NCBI GenBank assembly: GCA_046155985.1
Contig: JBJXGM010000129.1
Location: forward strand, 2,773-66,772
Direction of reading: 5' to 3'
DNA from: Myxococcaceae bacterium
GTDB lineage: Bacteria > Myxococcota > Myxococcia > Myxococcales > Myxococcaceae
DNA length: 64,000 bases
How positions within the stretch are numbered: the stretch's first letter is position 1; each line of letters starts with the position of its first letter. Both the position numbers and the translations under genes were made by a program. The notes beneath the pieces were generated by a model. It was not told where the DNA came from. It did not search any database and saw nothing but the letters and a program-made list of their open reading frames with translations. This document shows positions 17,441 to 25,803 of the stretch, piece after piece.

Positions 17441-19640
17441 GTCGGCGACGACCTCTGGGAAGGCGGCACCCACGGGTGCCGCGCGGTGGCGTGGACGCAA
17501 GGCGCGAATTCCCTTCGTCCCGCAGTTAACCGGCACCGAGTGCGGACAAGCCGCATTGGCGATGGTACTGGGATTTCACGGCAAACACGTCAGCCTGGAC
17601 GACGTGAGGGCCGTGATGTCCGATGGGCGAGATGGCTCTGATGTCGTGACGTTGCTGCGGGCCGGCACGCACTTTGGGCTCACAGGTCGGGCGGTGCTCG
17701 TCGAGATGGAGGGACTCGAATTTATCGAGCGCGGAAGCATTCTCTTTTGGCAATTTCGCCATTTCGTTGTGTTCGACGGGGTAGCCGCAAACGGTGTCAG
17801 TATCGTCGATCCCGCGCGAGGGCATCAGCGGCTTGCACTCGGTGACTTCGGCCGATCATTCACGGGTCTCGCGTTGATGTTTACGCGTACCGCCGAGTTC
17901 GTGCCCCAGGCGCCTGGGTCGACGCGCTTGTTCCGCTACCTCCCGATGGTGCTCGCCGAACGAAGGGTGTTGGGGCACGTCGTCCTTGTGTCAATATTGC
18001 TGCAGCTCTTGGCTCTTACTCTTCCGTTCTTTACGGGGGCCATTGTCGACAGGGTGATACCTCGCGCCGACTCGGGGCTGCTCACTGTTTTGGGCATGGG
18101 CATGGCGATGTTCGTCGCGTTTGGTGCCCTCGCGACCTTCCTTCGCGGCCAGTTGCTCTTGACGCTACAGACCAAGCTTGATGTCCGCTTGACCTCGCGA
18201 TTCCTGACGCACTTGCTCAGCCTTCCCTACGCATACTTTCAACAGCGCGCTTCAGGCGATCTGATGATGCGGCTGAGCAGCAACGCCACCGTTCGCGAAA
18301 CCTTGACGACTGGCGCGCTGTCGACGCTGCTGGATGGCTCGCTGGTGTTCGTCTACCTCTTGCTCATTGTGGGAACGGCCCCGCGCCTTGGCCTTCTGGT
18401 GCTCGGACTGGGTGCGATTCGAGTCCTGGTCTTCGTCGCGATCAAGCAGCGCCAAGCTTCCTTGGTCACGCGCAGTCTAGAAGCTGGGGCAAAAGTCCAT
18501 TCGTATCAGGTCGAATTGCTCAATGGAATCGAGTCCATCAAGTCGATGGGTGTCGGCGATCGCGCCGCGCAGCGGTGGCAAAATTTGTTCATTGATTCGA
18601 CCAATGCCGCGCTGGCGCGTGGGCGGTTGAACACCGTGTTCAATTCGGTGATGGGACTATTGACGCAGGCGTCTCCACTCATCGTTCTTGCCGCGGGCGC
18701 GCACCTGGTGGTGAAGGGTGAGCTGACTTTGGGGACGATGTTGGCGCTGGGCGCGTTGTCTGCGGGTTTCTTGGGTCCATTGACCAAGCTTGTCGACACG
18801 ACGTCGCAGTTGCAGTTGCTTGGGGGATATCTCACTCGGATCAACGACGTTCTTGACGCGGCGCCCGAGCAGGATCGCCTCAAAGTGAAACTGGCGCCTC
18901 CGGTGTCGGGTGCCATCGAGCTTGAGGACGTCTCGTTTCGCTACGCGCAAACGGGCCCGTTGGTGGTCGACAGCGTCTCGCTGTCGATCGCCGCGGGGCA
19001 GACGGTCGCGATCGTCGGCGAGTCCGGTTCAGGCAAATCGACGCTCGCACGACTGCTCATTGGCCTTCATTCGCCCACAAAAGGGCGGGTTCGCTACGAT
19101 GCCCATGACCTCACTCAACTCGAGATGAACTCGCTGCGTTCTCAGTTGGGCGTGGTGACACAAACGGCTCACATCTTCGCGGGCTCGGTCCGTGAGAACA
19201 TCGCTCTGTTGAATCCAGACGCTCCCTTAGAGGCGGTCAAGCTGGCCGCTCGCTCTGCCTGCATCGACGGTGAAATTCAGGCGATGCCCATGGCGTACGA
19301 CACGGTGCTGTCTGAAGGCGGATCCTCACTGTCCGGTGGGCAGCGACAGCGCATTGCGTTGGCGCGCGCACTGCTTCATCAACCTGCGGTCTTAATCTTG
19401 GACGAGGCAACGAGCGCTCTGGATGCCATCACCGAGCGACGCATTCAGGACAAGCTCGATGCGGTGCACTGTACTCGCGTGACCATCGCGCATCGACTGT
19501 CCACCATCGCTCGTGCCGATCTGATCGCTGTCATGGAGAAGGGAAAAATCGTGGAACGCGGTACCCACGCGGAGCTCCTCTCCCGCCGTGGGGTGTATGC
19601 GCGCTTGATTGCAGCGCAGCGTGATCAGGAGGCCCAATGA
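17433..19640 (+). CDS. lanT: peptidase-C39-domain ABC transporter (bacteriocin/lanthipeptide exporter and leader protease)
   Basis: The N-terminal C39 motif QLTGTECGQAALAMVLGFHG retains the catalytic Cys. The protein has six-TM ABC exporter architecture. Walker A is GESGSGKST, the signature is LSGGQRQR and Walker B is ILDEATSALD. Confidence 0.92.
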   Translation: MDESATTSGKAAPTGAARWRGRKARIPFVPQLTGTECGQAALAMVLGFHGKHVSLDDVRAVMSDGRDGSDVVTLLRAGTHFGLTGRAVLVEMEGLEFIERGSILFWQFRHFVVFDGVAANGVSIVDPARGHQRLALGDFGRSFTGLALMFTRTAEFVPQAPGSTRLFRYLPMVLAERRVLGHVVLVSILLQLLALTLPFFTGAIVDRVIPRADSGLLTVLGMGMAMFVAFGALATFLRGQLLLTLQTKLDVRLTSRFLTHLLSLPYAYFQQRASGDLMMRLSSNATVRETLTTGALSTLLDGSLVFVYLLLIVGTAPRLGLLVLGLGAIRVLVFVAIKQRQASLVTRSLEAGAKVHSYQVELLNGIESIKSMGVGDRAAQRWQNLFIDSTNAALARGRLNTVFNSVMGLLTQASPLIVLAAGAHLVVKGELTLGTMLALGALSAGFLGPLTKLVDTTSQLQLLGGYLTRINDVLDAAPEQDRLKVKLAPPVSGAIELEDVSFRYAQTGPLVVDSVSLSIAAGQTVAIVGESGSGKSTLARLLIGLHSPTKGRVRYDAHDLTQLEMNSLRSQLGVVTQTAHIFAGSVRENIALLNPDAPLEAVKLAARSACIDGEIQAMPMAYDTVLSEGGSSLSGGQRQRIALARALLHQPAVLILDEATSALDAITERRIQDKLDAVHCTRVTIAHRLSTIARADLIAVMEKGKIVERGTHAELLSRRGVYARLIAAQRDQEAQ

Positions 19641-22600
19641 GAAAGACGAACACAGTGCCGGCCTCGAGCGCAGCGCCACCGGCCTGCGCTGAGTTTTTCG
19701 TCTTCAGGACACCACTCCTGCCACTCGCGGAACTCGTTGAACTCGGTCATGACATGCGCGCGCCGACCGCGCACGCGGACGCACTGGCCGGCGCGCTGGA
19801 GCACGATGCCGAAGTCGTTCGCCACCGCCTGCGACAAGCGTTCGACCGGGCTGAGCTTCGAGAAGCGCTCATGGTGGCCTCGCCCTCGCTTCAGGGAAGC
19901 TTCGGCGAGTGGTTAAGGGCGCCCAAGAGCGAGCGCGGCCAAAAGGTCGAACGGTCTCTCATCCGGTATTTCAGCCGCATGACCTTCCGTGCGACACCGT
20001 TTGGCTTGTTCGCGGGTGGCTCGGTTGGAGCCGTGGGCGAACGCACCCGTCTCGTTGTCGGCGAGCGTGGTTCATACCGTCATCATGCTCGGTTGGACAT
20101 GCACTACCTCGCCATTCTGGCCGAGGCGCTGGCCCGCGACCCATCGATCGCGCCCAGTTTGACCTACTCGGTCAATTCCAGTCTTTACCGCGTTGGAAAG
20201 GCTGTCAGGTTCGCCGAGGCGCGTTCAAGCACGGGCGGCGTCTCCTATCGGCTCGTGGGGGCTGAGCATTCGGACTACCTCGAGCGGGTGCTGTCACGCG
20301 CTCAGCACGGGGCCAAACTGGAAGAAATCATCGACGTTCTCACGATGGATCCAGAGATTGAGCGCGCGGAGGCGACCGAGTTCCTGGCGGAACTTGTTCG
20401 CAGTCAGGTGCTGGTCCCCGAACTCCAACCGGGGGTGACGGGTGGCGCCCCCTTGCAGGCATTGACTGCTGCCCTCGCGGCGGACACCTCGAGTCAACCT
20501 GTGGCACGCGTGCTCGCTGGGGTGGCCGACCAACTTGAGGCGATCAATCGCGCACCGCTGGGCCTCTCACCACGGCTCTACGACGACGTGGCGAGCGCGC
20601 TCGAATCACTGTCTGCGCCGATCGATCGGGCAAAACTGATTCAGGTCGACATGACCAAGCCTGCGCCAAGGGCCGAGTTGGGGGCAAAGCTTGTTGCAGA
20701 GATCAACACGGGCGTCGGGATTCTCCTTTCTCTTGAGCGACCTCGGGGCGCAGGGGGCCTTTCGCGCTTCAAAGAGGCGTTTGAGCGCCGCTATGAGCGG
20801 CAAGAAGTTCCTCTCGTGGAAGCTCTCGATGGAGAACTCGGTATTGGCTTTGAGCGCGCGTCCGAGGCTTCCTCCCCCCCGCAGGGAGGGGCTTTGCCCA
20901 AGTCCCCGTCGGCGCAAACCGCCGGCTCGTGGGGCCACCGGGAAGCGCATCTGCTCACTTTGCTGCAACGCTTGCCGGCGGACGGTTCGGTTCCGCTAGA
21001 GCTGAGTGCCCAAGACCTCGTGAGCCTTGCGAGAGACCGGGCGCCCAGGCCTCTTCCCAACGCCTACGCCGTGTCGGCGACGGTCGACGCGGCGTCCGAA
21101 ACTGGGCTAGAGAGCGGTGACTATACTGTGCATATTCGGTCGGCGTATGGCCCCTCGGGTGCATTGATGCTGGGCCGATTCTGCCACACCGATTCTGCGC
21201 TGGAGGCCTATGTCCGAGCGCACCTCAAGCATGAGGAAGCGCATGAGCCAGGAGCGATCGTCGCGGAGATCGTCCATCTGCCCGAAGGACGGCTCGGGAA
21301 CGTTCTTCATCGGCCGGTGTTGCGTGAATATGAGATTCCCTACTTGGGTCGATCGGGTGCGCCTGTAGATCATCAGATCCCTGTCACGGATCTCTTGGTG
21401 TCCGTGCGGTTCGGACGTGTGGTGTTGCGGTCCAGAAGTCTCGATCGCGAGGTTGTGCCGCGCCTCACCACCGCGCACAACTTTTCATCGGGCCTGCCCC
21501 TCTATCGATTTCTGTGTGCCCTTCAGAATCAGGACAACAGCGTGGGTGCCAGGTGGGATTGGGGGGTGCTCGGGAACTTGCCGTTCTTGCCGCGCGTCAC
21601 CCACGGGCGGTTCGTTTTTTCCCTCGCCCAATGGCGGATCGCCGCCGCCGAGATCAAGTCACTGCACGGCGCTACGGTTGAACAAAACTATGCAGCCGTT
21701 CAGCAGCTGAGGGTACGCAGACACCTTCCGAGGTGGTTCGGCCTGGTCGAGTCGGACAACGTGCTGCTCATCGACTCTCACAACCCCTTGAGCGTGCAGA
21801 GTTTCGTGGAGCTCACGCATCGGGGTGGTTCAGTGCAGCTTCAGGAGCTTTTTCCTGCGCCTGACCGCCTGCTGGCTGAAGGCCCGGAGGGCCGCTTCAC
21901 CCACGAACTGGTCCTCCCTCTAAATAAACCGCTGTCGCCCGTGCGTCGGGTGGACGGTCGGAATTTTCGAGCCCCCCAAACTTCTCCGTTGGTGCAAAGG
22001 AGCCTGCCGCCCGGCTCTGAGTGTCTGTACCTCAAGCTTTACACCGGTGCGGCCACGGCCGATCAACTGCTTCAGGAGCGCGTCGCGGTTTTCGTCGAGC
22101 AGGCGCTCCAATCAGGTCTCGCAGAACGTTGGTTCTTCATCCGGTACGGAGACCCGGACTGGCACCTCCGGGTGCGGCTCTTTGGCGACAAGAAACGGCT
22201 CTGGTCTGAGCTTTGGCCGCAGATCGAGGGGTTCTTCGATCCTCAGCGGACGGGCTCGAAGGTTTGGCGCGTCCAGCTCGACACGTACGAACGCGAGCTC
22301 GAGCGGTATGGCGGTCCACAGGGGATGGTGCTGTCCGAGAGGCTGTTTGATGCCGACAGCAAGGCTGCCTTGGCGATCGTTGCCGCCACAGGTGACGATG
22401 AAAGCCAAGAGCTCCGGTGGCGATTGACGCTGATGGGGATGGACCGGCTGCTCGACGACTTTGCCCTGGAGCAACCCGCCAAACGAGACATGATGCTGAG
22501 CTCACGGGATGCCTTCGCCCCGGAGTTGGAGGGCAACGCGAAACTCGAACGCACCTTGGGTCAGCGGTATCGGCAAGAGCGCAAGACCTTCGACGAAGCG

Positions 22601-22885
22601 TTCGCGGGCCCGCTCTCGGAAGACCATCCGTTGTCGTCTGGCGTGCAGATACTCGAGGAGCGCTCCAAAGCGGTGCGCCCAATCGCCTCTGCACTTTGGG
22701 AGTTGGAGAAGCAAGGCGGGTTGACATGCCAAGTTCAGGAGTTGCTGCGGGCGTACCTCCATCTTCAGATAAACCGGTACTTGCGGTCTACGCCGCGCGA
22801 GCAGGAGATGGCGATGTACGACATGCTTCGGCGACACTATGAATCGCTCATCGCTCGCGCGCGCAAACGAGGAAGGTTTCCATGA
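19637..22885 (+). CDS. lanB: full-length class I lanthipeptide dehydratase LanB (glutamylation plus elimination domains)
   Basis: The N-terminus FFVFRTPLLPL is typical of the Lant_dehydr_N domain. The C-terminal SpaB_C-type segment reads YLKLYTGAATADQLL … WFFIRYGDPDWHLRVRLF. There are ATGA overlaps with lanT (19637-19640) and with the downstream bEBP (22882-22885). Confidence 0.9.
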   Translation: MRKTNTVPASSAAPPACAEFFVFRTPLLPLAELVELGHDMRAPTAHADALAGALEHDAEVVRHRLRQAFDRAELREALMVASPSLQGSFGEWLRAPKSERGQKVERSLIRYFSRMTFRATPFGLFAGGSVGAVGERTRLVVGERGSYRHHARLDMHYLAILAEALARDPSIAPSLTYSVNSSLYRVGKAVRFAEARSSTGGVSYRLVGAEHSDYLERVLSRAQHGAKLEEIIDVLTMDPEIERAEATEFLAELVRSQVLVPELQPGVTGGAPLQALTAALAADTSSQPVARVLAGVADQLEAINRAPLGLSPRLYDDVASALESLSAPIDRAKLIQVDMTKPAPRAELGAKLVAEINTGVGILLSLERPRGAGGLSRFKEAFERRYERQEVPLVEALDGELGIGFERASEASSPPQGGALPKSPSAQTAGSWGHREAHLLTLLQRLPADGSVPLELSAQDLVSLARDRAPRPLPNAYAVSATVDAASETGLESGDYTVHIRSAYGPSGALMLGRFCHTDSALEAYVRAHLKHEEAHEPGAIVAEIVHLPEGRLGNVLHRPVLREYEIPYLGRSGAPVDHQIPVTDLLVSVRFGRVVLRSRSLDREVVPRLTTAHNFSSGLPLYRFLCALQNQDNSVGARWDWGVLGNLPFLPRVTHGRFVFSLAQWRIAAAEIKSLHGATVEQNYAAVQQLRVRRHLPRWFGLVESDNVLLIDSHNPLSVQSFVELTHRGGSVQLQELFPAPDRLLAEGPEGRFTHELVLPLNKPLSPVRRVDGRNFRAPQTSPLVQRSLPPGSECLYLKLYTGAATADQLLQERVAVFVEQALQSGLAERWFFIRYGDPDWHLRVRLFGDKKRLWSELWPQIEGFFDPQRTGSKVWRVQLDTYERELERYGGPQGMVLSERLFDADSKAALAIVAATGDDESQELRWRLTLMGMDRLLDDFALEQPAKRDMMLSSRDAFAPELEGNAKLERTLGQRYRQERKTFDEAFAGPLSEDHPLSSGVQILEERSKAVRPIASALWELEKQGGLTCQVQELLRAYLHLQINRYLRSTPREQEMAMYDMLRRHYESLIARARKRGRFP

Positions 22886-23823
22886 TTGGTGACTCGCCTT
22901 CCTTTAAGGCGATGCGTTCCACCATGGTGCGCGTTGCGCGCGCGGACGCCAGCGTTTTGTTGCTGGGGGAAACAGGTACCGGAAAGGAAGTTGCCGCCCG
23001 GTTCATTCACTTGAATAGCAAGCGATCGAAAGCGCCCTTCATCGATGTGGATCTGGCGGCTCTTCCCGAGGCGCTGCTCGAATCCGAACTCTTTGGGCAT
23101 GAGGCGGAGGCCTTCACGGGCGCCACCAAAATGCGCCGCGGTCGCATCGAGCTGGCGCATGAAGGAACACTTTTCATCGACGAGATCGGCAATTTGCCCA
23201 TGGCCCTTCAGCCGAAGCTCTTGCGCGTTCTCCAAGAGAAGACCTATGAGCGGCTGGGGTCATCGGAGAAGAGAGTCTCGAAGTTCAGACTCATCGCGGC
23301 CACGAACCTGAATCTGGAAGAGGCCGTCGCCGCTGGCACGTTCCGCCAGGATCTGTTGTTTCGAATTAACACGGTGCAGTTCGAGATTCCTCCCCTGCGG
23401 CAGCGGTTGAACGACATTCTCGCGTTGGCGGAACACTTTCTTGAGGTGTATGCCAGGGAAGCCGGAATCACCGGGATTGAACTTCTTGAAGAAGCGAGAC
23501 GAGCACTTCTGGCGCATCCCTGGCCTGGCAACGTCAGAGAACTCAAGCATCTGATGGAACGGACGGTTGCACTTTCTGAGAACGGAACGAAGTGGGGCGC
23601 AGAGATACTCAGTTCGCGCGAGCAGCGAAAGCCTTTCCAAATCGAGGTGGACGAGGGCCTCACCGAAGGTCGCGGCCTTGACGAGATTTTGCGAGGCATC
23701 GAGCGCAGGATTCTGTTGACCGTGTTACGCGAATGTCAGGGCAATCACAGCGCGGCTGCGCGCAAGCTCAAGCTTCCGCGCCAGACGCTTCAGAACCGGC
23801 TGAGTAAGTACGATTTGCTCTAG
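22882..23823 (+). CDS. sigma54-dependent transcriptional activator (bEBP) with AAA+ and Fis-HTH domains only and no sensory domain
   Basis: The protein begins directly at the AAA+ module (MIGDSPSFKAM…LLLGETGTGKE). The GAFTGA-type loop reads ESELFGHEAEAFTGA and Walker B reads TLFIDEIG. Further motifs are RLIAATN, NVRELKH and the C-terminal HTH NHSAAARKLKLPRQTLQNRL. Confidence 0.9.
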   Translation: MIGDSPSFKAMRSTMVRVARADASVLLLGETGTGKEVAARFIHLNSKRSKAPFIDVDLAALPEALLESELFGHEAEAFTGATKMRRGRIELAHEGTLFIDEIGNLPMALQPKLLRVLQEKTYERLGSSEKRVSKFRLIAATNLNLEEAVAAGTFRQDLLFRINTVQFEIPPLRQRLNDILALAEHFLEVYAREAGITGIELLEEARRALLAHPWPGNVRELKHLMERTVALSENGTKWGAEILSSREQRKPFQIEVDEGLTEGRGLDEILRGIERRILLTVLRECQGNHSAAARKLKLPRQTLQNRLSKYDLL

Positions 23824-23966
23824 CAGGCTGCTCAAAAACTGCTGCGCGTCCCATCTGCGGCGTTGCGGGCCCCTCCTTTCGTCCTCACGTACAGAGAGCA
23901 CGCTGCGGCGAAAGGGCCTCCCGCGCCTGGCATCTCGGCCTGCTCGCGACGTTTTTCAGCAGCCTG
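23824..23966. repeat. 143-bp intergenic element bounded by a 15/16 inverted repeat
   Basis: CAGGCTGCTCAAAAAC (23824-23839) pairs with GTTTTTCAGCAGCCTG (23951-23966). The element lies between the convergent bEBP and pseudokinase genes. Confidence 0.4.
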
Positions 23967-23980
23967 CTGGTGCCACGGCC

Positions 23981-25495
23981 TCAACGGGGTTCGCGAAAAT
24001 CCACGCGGTGGGCGGTGTTTTCTCCCATCTTGATGCGAACGTTCAAAAAGCGTCGTTCGCCGTTGTCCAAGTGCAGCCGAAGGCGATGTTGCCCCACCGG
24101 AATCGGAACACTGAAGAGCGGCGTCCGCCCCAAGGCCTGCTTGCCCAGGCGAACCTCCGCTTCCGGAAAGGCGACCAACGTCAATGTTCCGAACGTTTGA
24201 AGCTTCTGCACGACGGCTCGCGGGGGTGGCGCCTCCCATCGCTCAGGCTCTGGCTTGGCCAAAGGCGGCGCGGCGCTTTGCGGAAGCACAGGAGCGGCGC
24301 CGGGTTCTGGGGCTTGGCGTTCCGGTGGTGTTTCGATGACCACCGGCGTGGCACTCCACGTGTGTCCTTTGCCCGTCGTCTGATTGGCAAAAACCTGTGT
24401 CCACAAGACGGCCGCAGTCATCAGCAAAACCACGCCGACAAACACCGCCAACACGACAGGCCACTTTCTCCTTGGCGTGTCCGCTGATTTTCGCGCTCCT
24501 GACACGGCGGGCAAACGGCCATCACCGGGAAACCGCCGCGCTTCACGAAGTGGTGCTGCCAACAAACGCTCCAACTCCGAACGGCGATCCGGAAACAAGC
24601 GTTGAACCCGCTGGGCACGGTCGTTGGCGCTTTCCAGCGCGACACCGCTGTTTTCCAAGTGGGTTGCCCATTCGCGTGCGCTGTTGAATTTTCGTCCTTG
24701 CTCGCGCGCCAACGCGCGCATCGTTGCCTCCGACAGCGCCAGCGGAACAGTCGGGGAGAGGGTGTGGGGCGAGGGCACTTGTGCATAGACCCGTGCCGAA
24801 GCCGATTCGCCAGGTTCGAGCGAATGAAACAGCGGTCTCCCGATGAGCAGTTCGTGCAAGACAACGCCGGCCCCGTACACGTCACTTTGCGGCAAAAGCC
24901 GCTCACGTTTCAGTTCTTCGGGTGAGGCGTAGTGAGCCTTGCTGCTGTCGGATTCTTTACCCAAGATGACGCGGGCTCTGGCCACCGCGCCCGACAGCAA
25001 CAACGACACTTTTCCGTCAAAACCAACGACAATGGCGCCGGGGTGCACGTTGCCATGCACCATCGCCTCGTCACTGCTGCTCGTGTGCAGTGAATGCAGC
25101 GCCAGCGCCACCTCTCGCATCACCGAGGCCGAAAAAGCAAATGCGATGCGTTCTGCATCTTCTGCACTGGCGCCCAAGATTTCCGACAGCGTCGCCCCGG
25201 GAACAAACTCCGACGCCCAATAGGGCAACTCCCCGCCCCAACCCGCGTCCAAAATTCGCGCCAGCGCCGGGTGCGTGTAGCGCATCAATCGCTGTGCACG
25301 CGACACCAGGGTCTCGCCACTTCCTTCGACCCCCATCTCCAGAAGCCTTCGGACGACGACGAGGCCTTCCATTCCGCCCGGTGTCGGCCCAAAGGCCAGC
25401 GCAACCTCCTGGCCGTTTCGCAAAGCCAGACGCTGGACGGCCCGATAAGGGCCCATGTGCCAATCCAGTGATGCGGTTTCGTCCTTCAGCGTCAC
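23981..25495 (-). CDS. Ser/Thr-kinase-like pseudokinase with a TM segment and a C-terminal PEGA domain
   Basis: The Hanks-kinase fold is recognisable (HPALARILDAG, SDVYGAGVVLHELLIGRPLF), but the catalytic motifs are replaced:
- VAIK is replaced by VVVRRL
- HRDLKPxN is replaced by HGNVHPGA
- DFG is replaced by LSG

A TM segment (WPVVLAVFVGVVLLMTAAVLW) follows. The C-terminal PEGA-like segment reads GTLTLVAFPEAEVRLGKQALGRTPL. Confidence 0.8.
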   Translation of the reverse strand: MTLKDETASLDWHMGPYRAVQRLALRNGQEVALAFGPTPGGMEGLVVVRRLLEMGVEGSGETLVSRAQRLMRYTHPALARILDAGWGGELPYWASEFVPGATLSEILGASAEDAERIAFAFSASVMREVALALHSLHTSSSDEAMVHGNVHPGAIVVGFDGKVSLLLSGAVARARVILGKESDSSKAHYASPEELKRERLLPQSDVYGAGVVLHELLIGRPLFHSLEPGESASARVYAQVPSPHTLSPTVPLALSEATMRALAREQGRKFNSAREWATHLENSGVALESANDRAQRVQRLFPDRRSELERLLAAPLREARRFPGDGRLPAVSGARKSADTPRRKWPVVLAVFVGVVLLMTAAVLWTQVFANQTTGKGHTWSATPVVIETPPERQAPEPGAAPVLPQSAAPPLAKPEPERWEAPPPRAVVQKLQTFGTLTLVAFPEAEVRLGKQALGRTPLFSVPIPVGQHRLRLHLDNGERRFLNVRIKMGENTAHRVDFREPR

Positions 25496-25504
25496 TCACT
25501 CACC

Positions 25505-25743
25505 TGTGGATGGCGTTGTGAAATGATTCATGACCTTGTGGCTTTGCCTCGAACAGAGCGCATCCGTGCCTTTTTGCGCTGGGGTCTCCAGAGTTTTTCC
25601 ACAAGACGCCCCGGCATGATTCCCTTGGCGAACTGCGTGCTTGCGCGTTTTCCACAAACGTTGGTCACCGCTACGACTCTCTTCGACAAGAATACTCTTC
25701 TTTCAAACAGTAGGGATTGTCGGCAGCGACTGTTTGTGGATTG
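25505..25743. promoter_or_regulatory. cluster of DnaA-box-like 9-mers upstream of dnaN (candidate oriC or dnaN regulatory region)
   Basis: The boxes are TGTGGATGG (25505-25513), TTTTCCACA (25595-25603), TTTTCCACA (25648-25656) and TGTGGATTG (25735-25743). They match the consensus TTATCCACA/TGTGGATAA at 7-8 of 9 positions. A locally AT-rich stretch lies at 25681-25720. Confidence 0.5.
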
Positions 25744-25803
25744 TTCGGAAACACTTGGTGCGTTGACTCGTCCAGAGTGGCGGGATAGGACCCAAAGCCC
25801 GTC

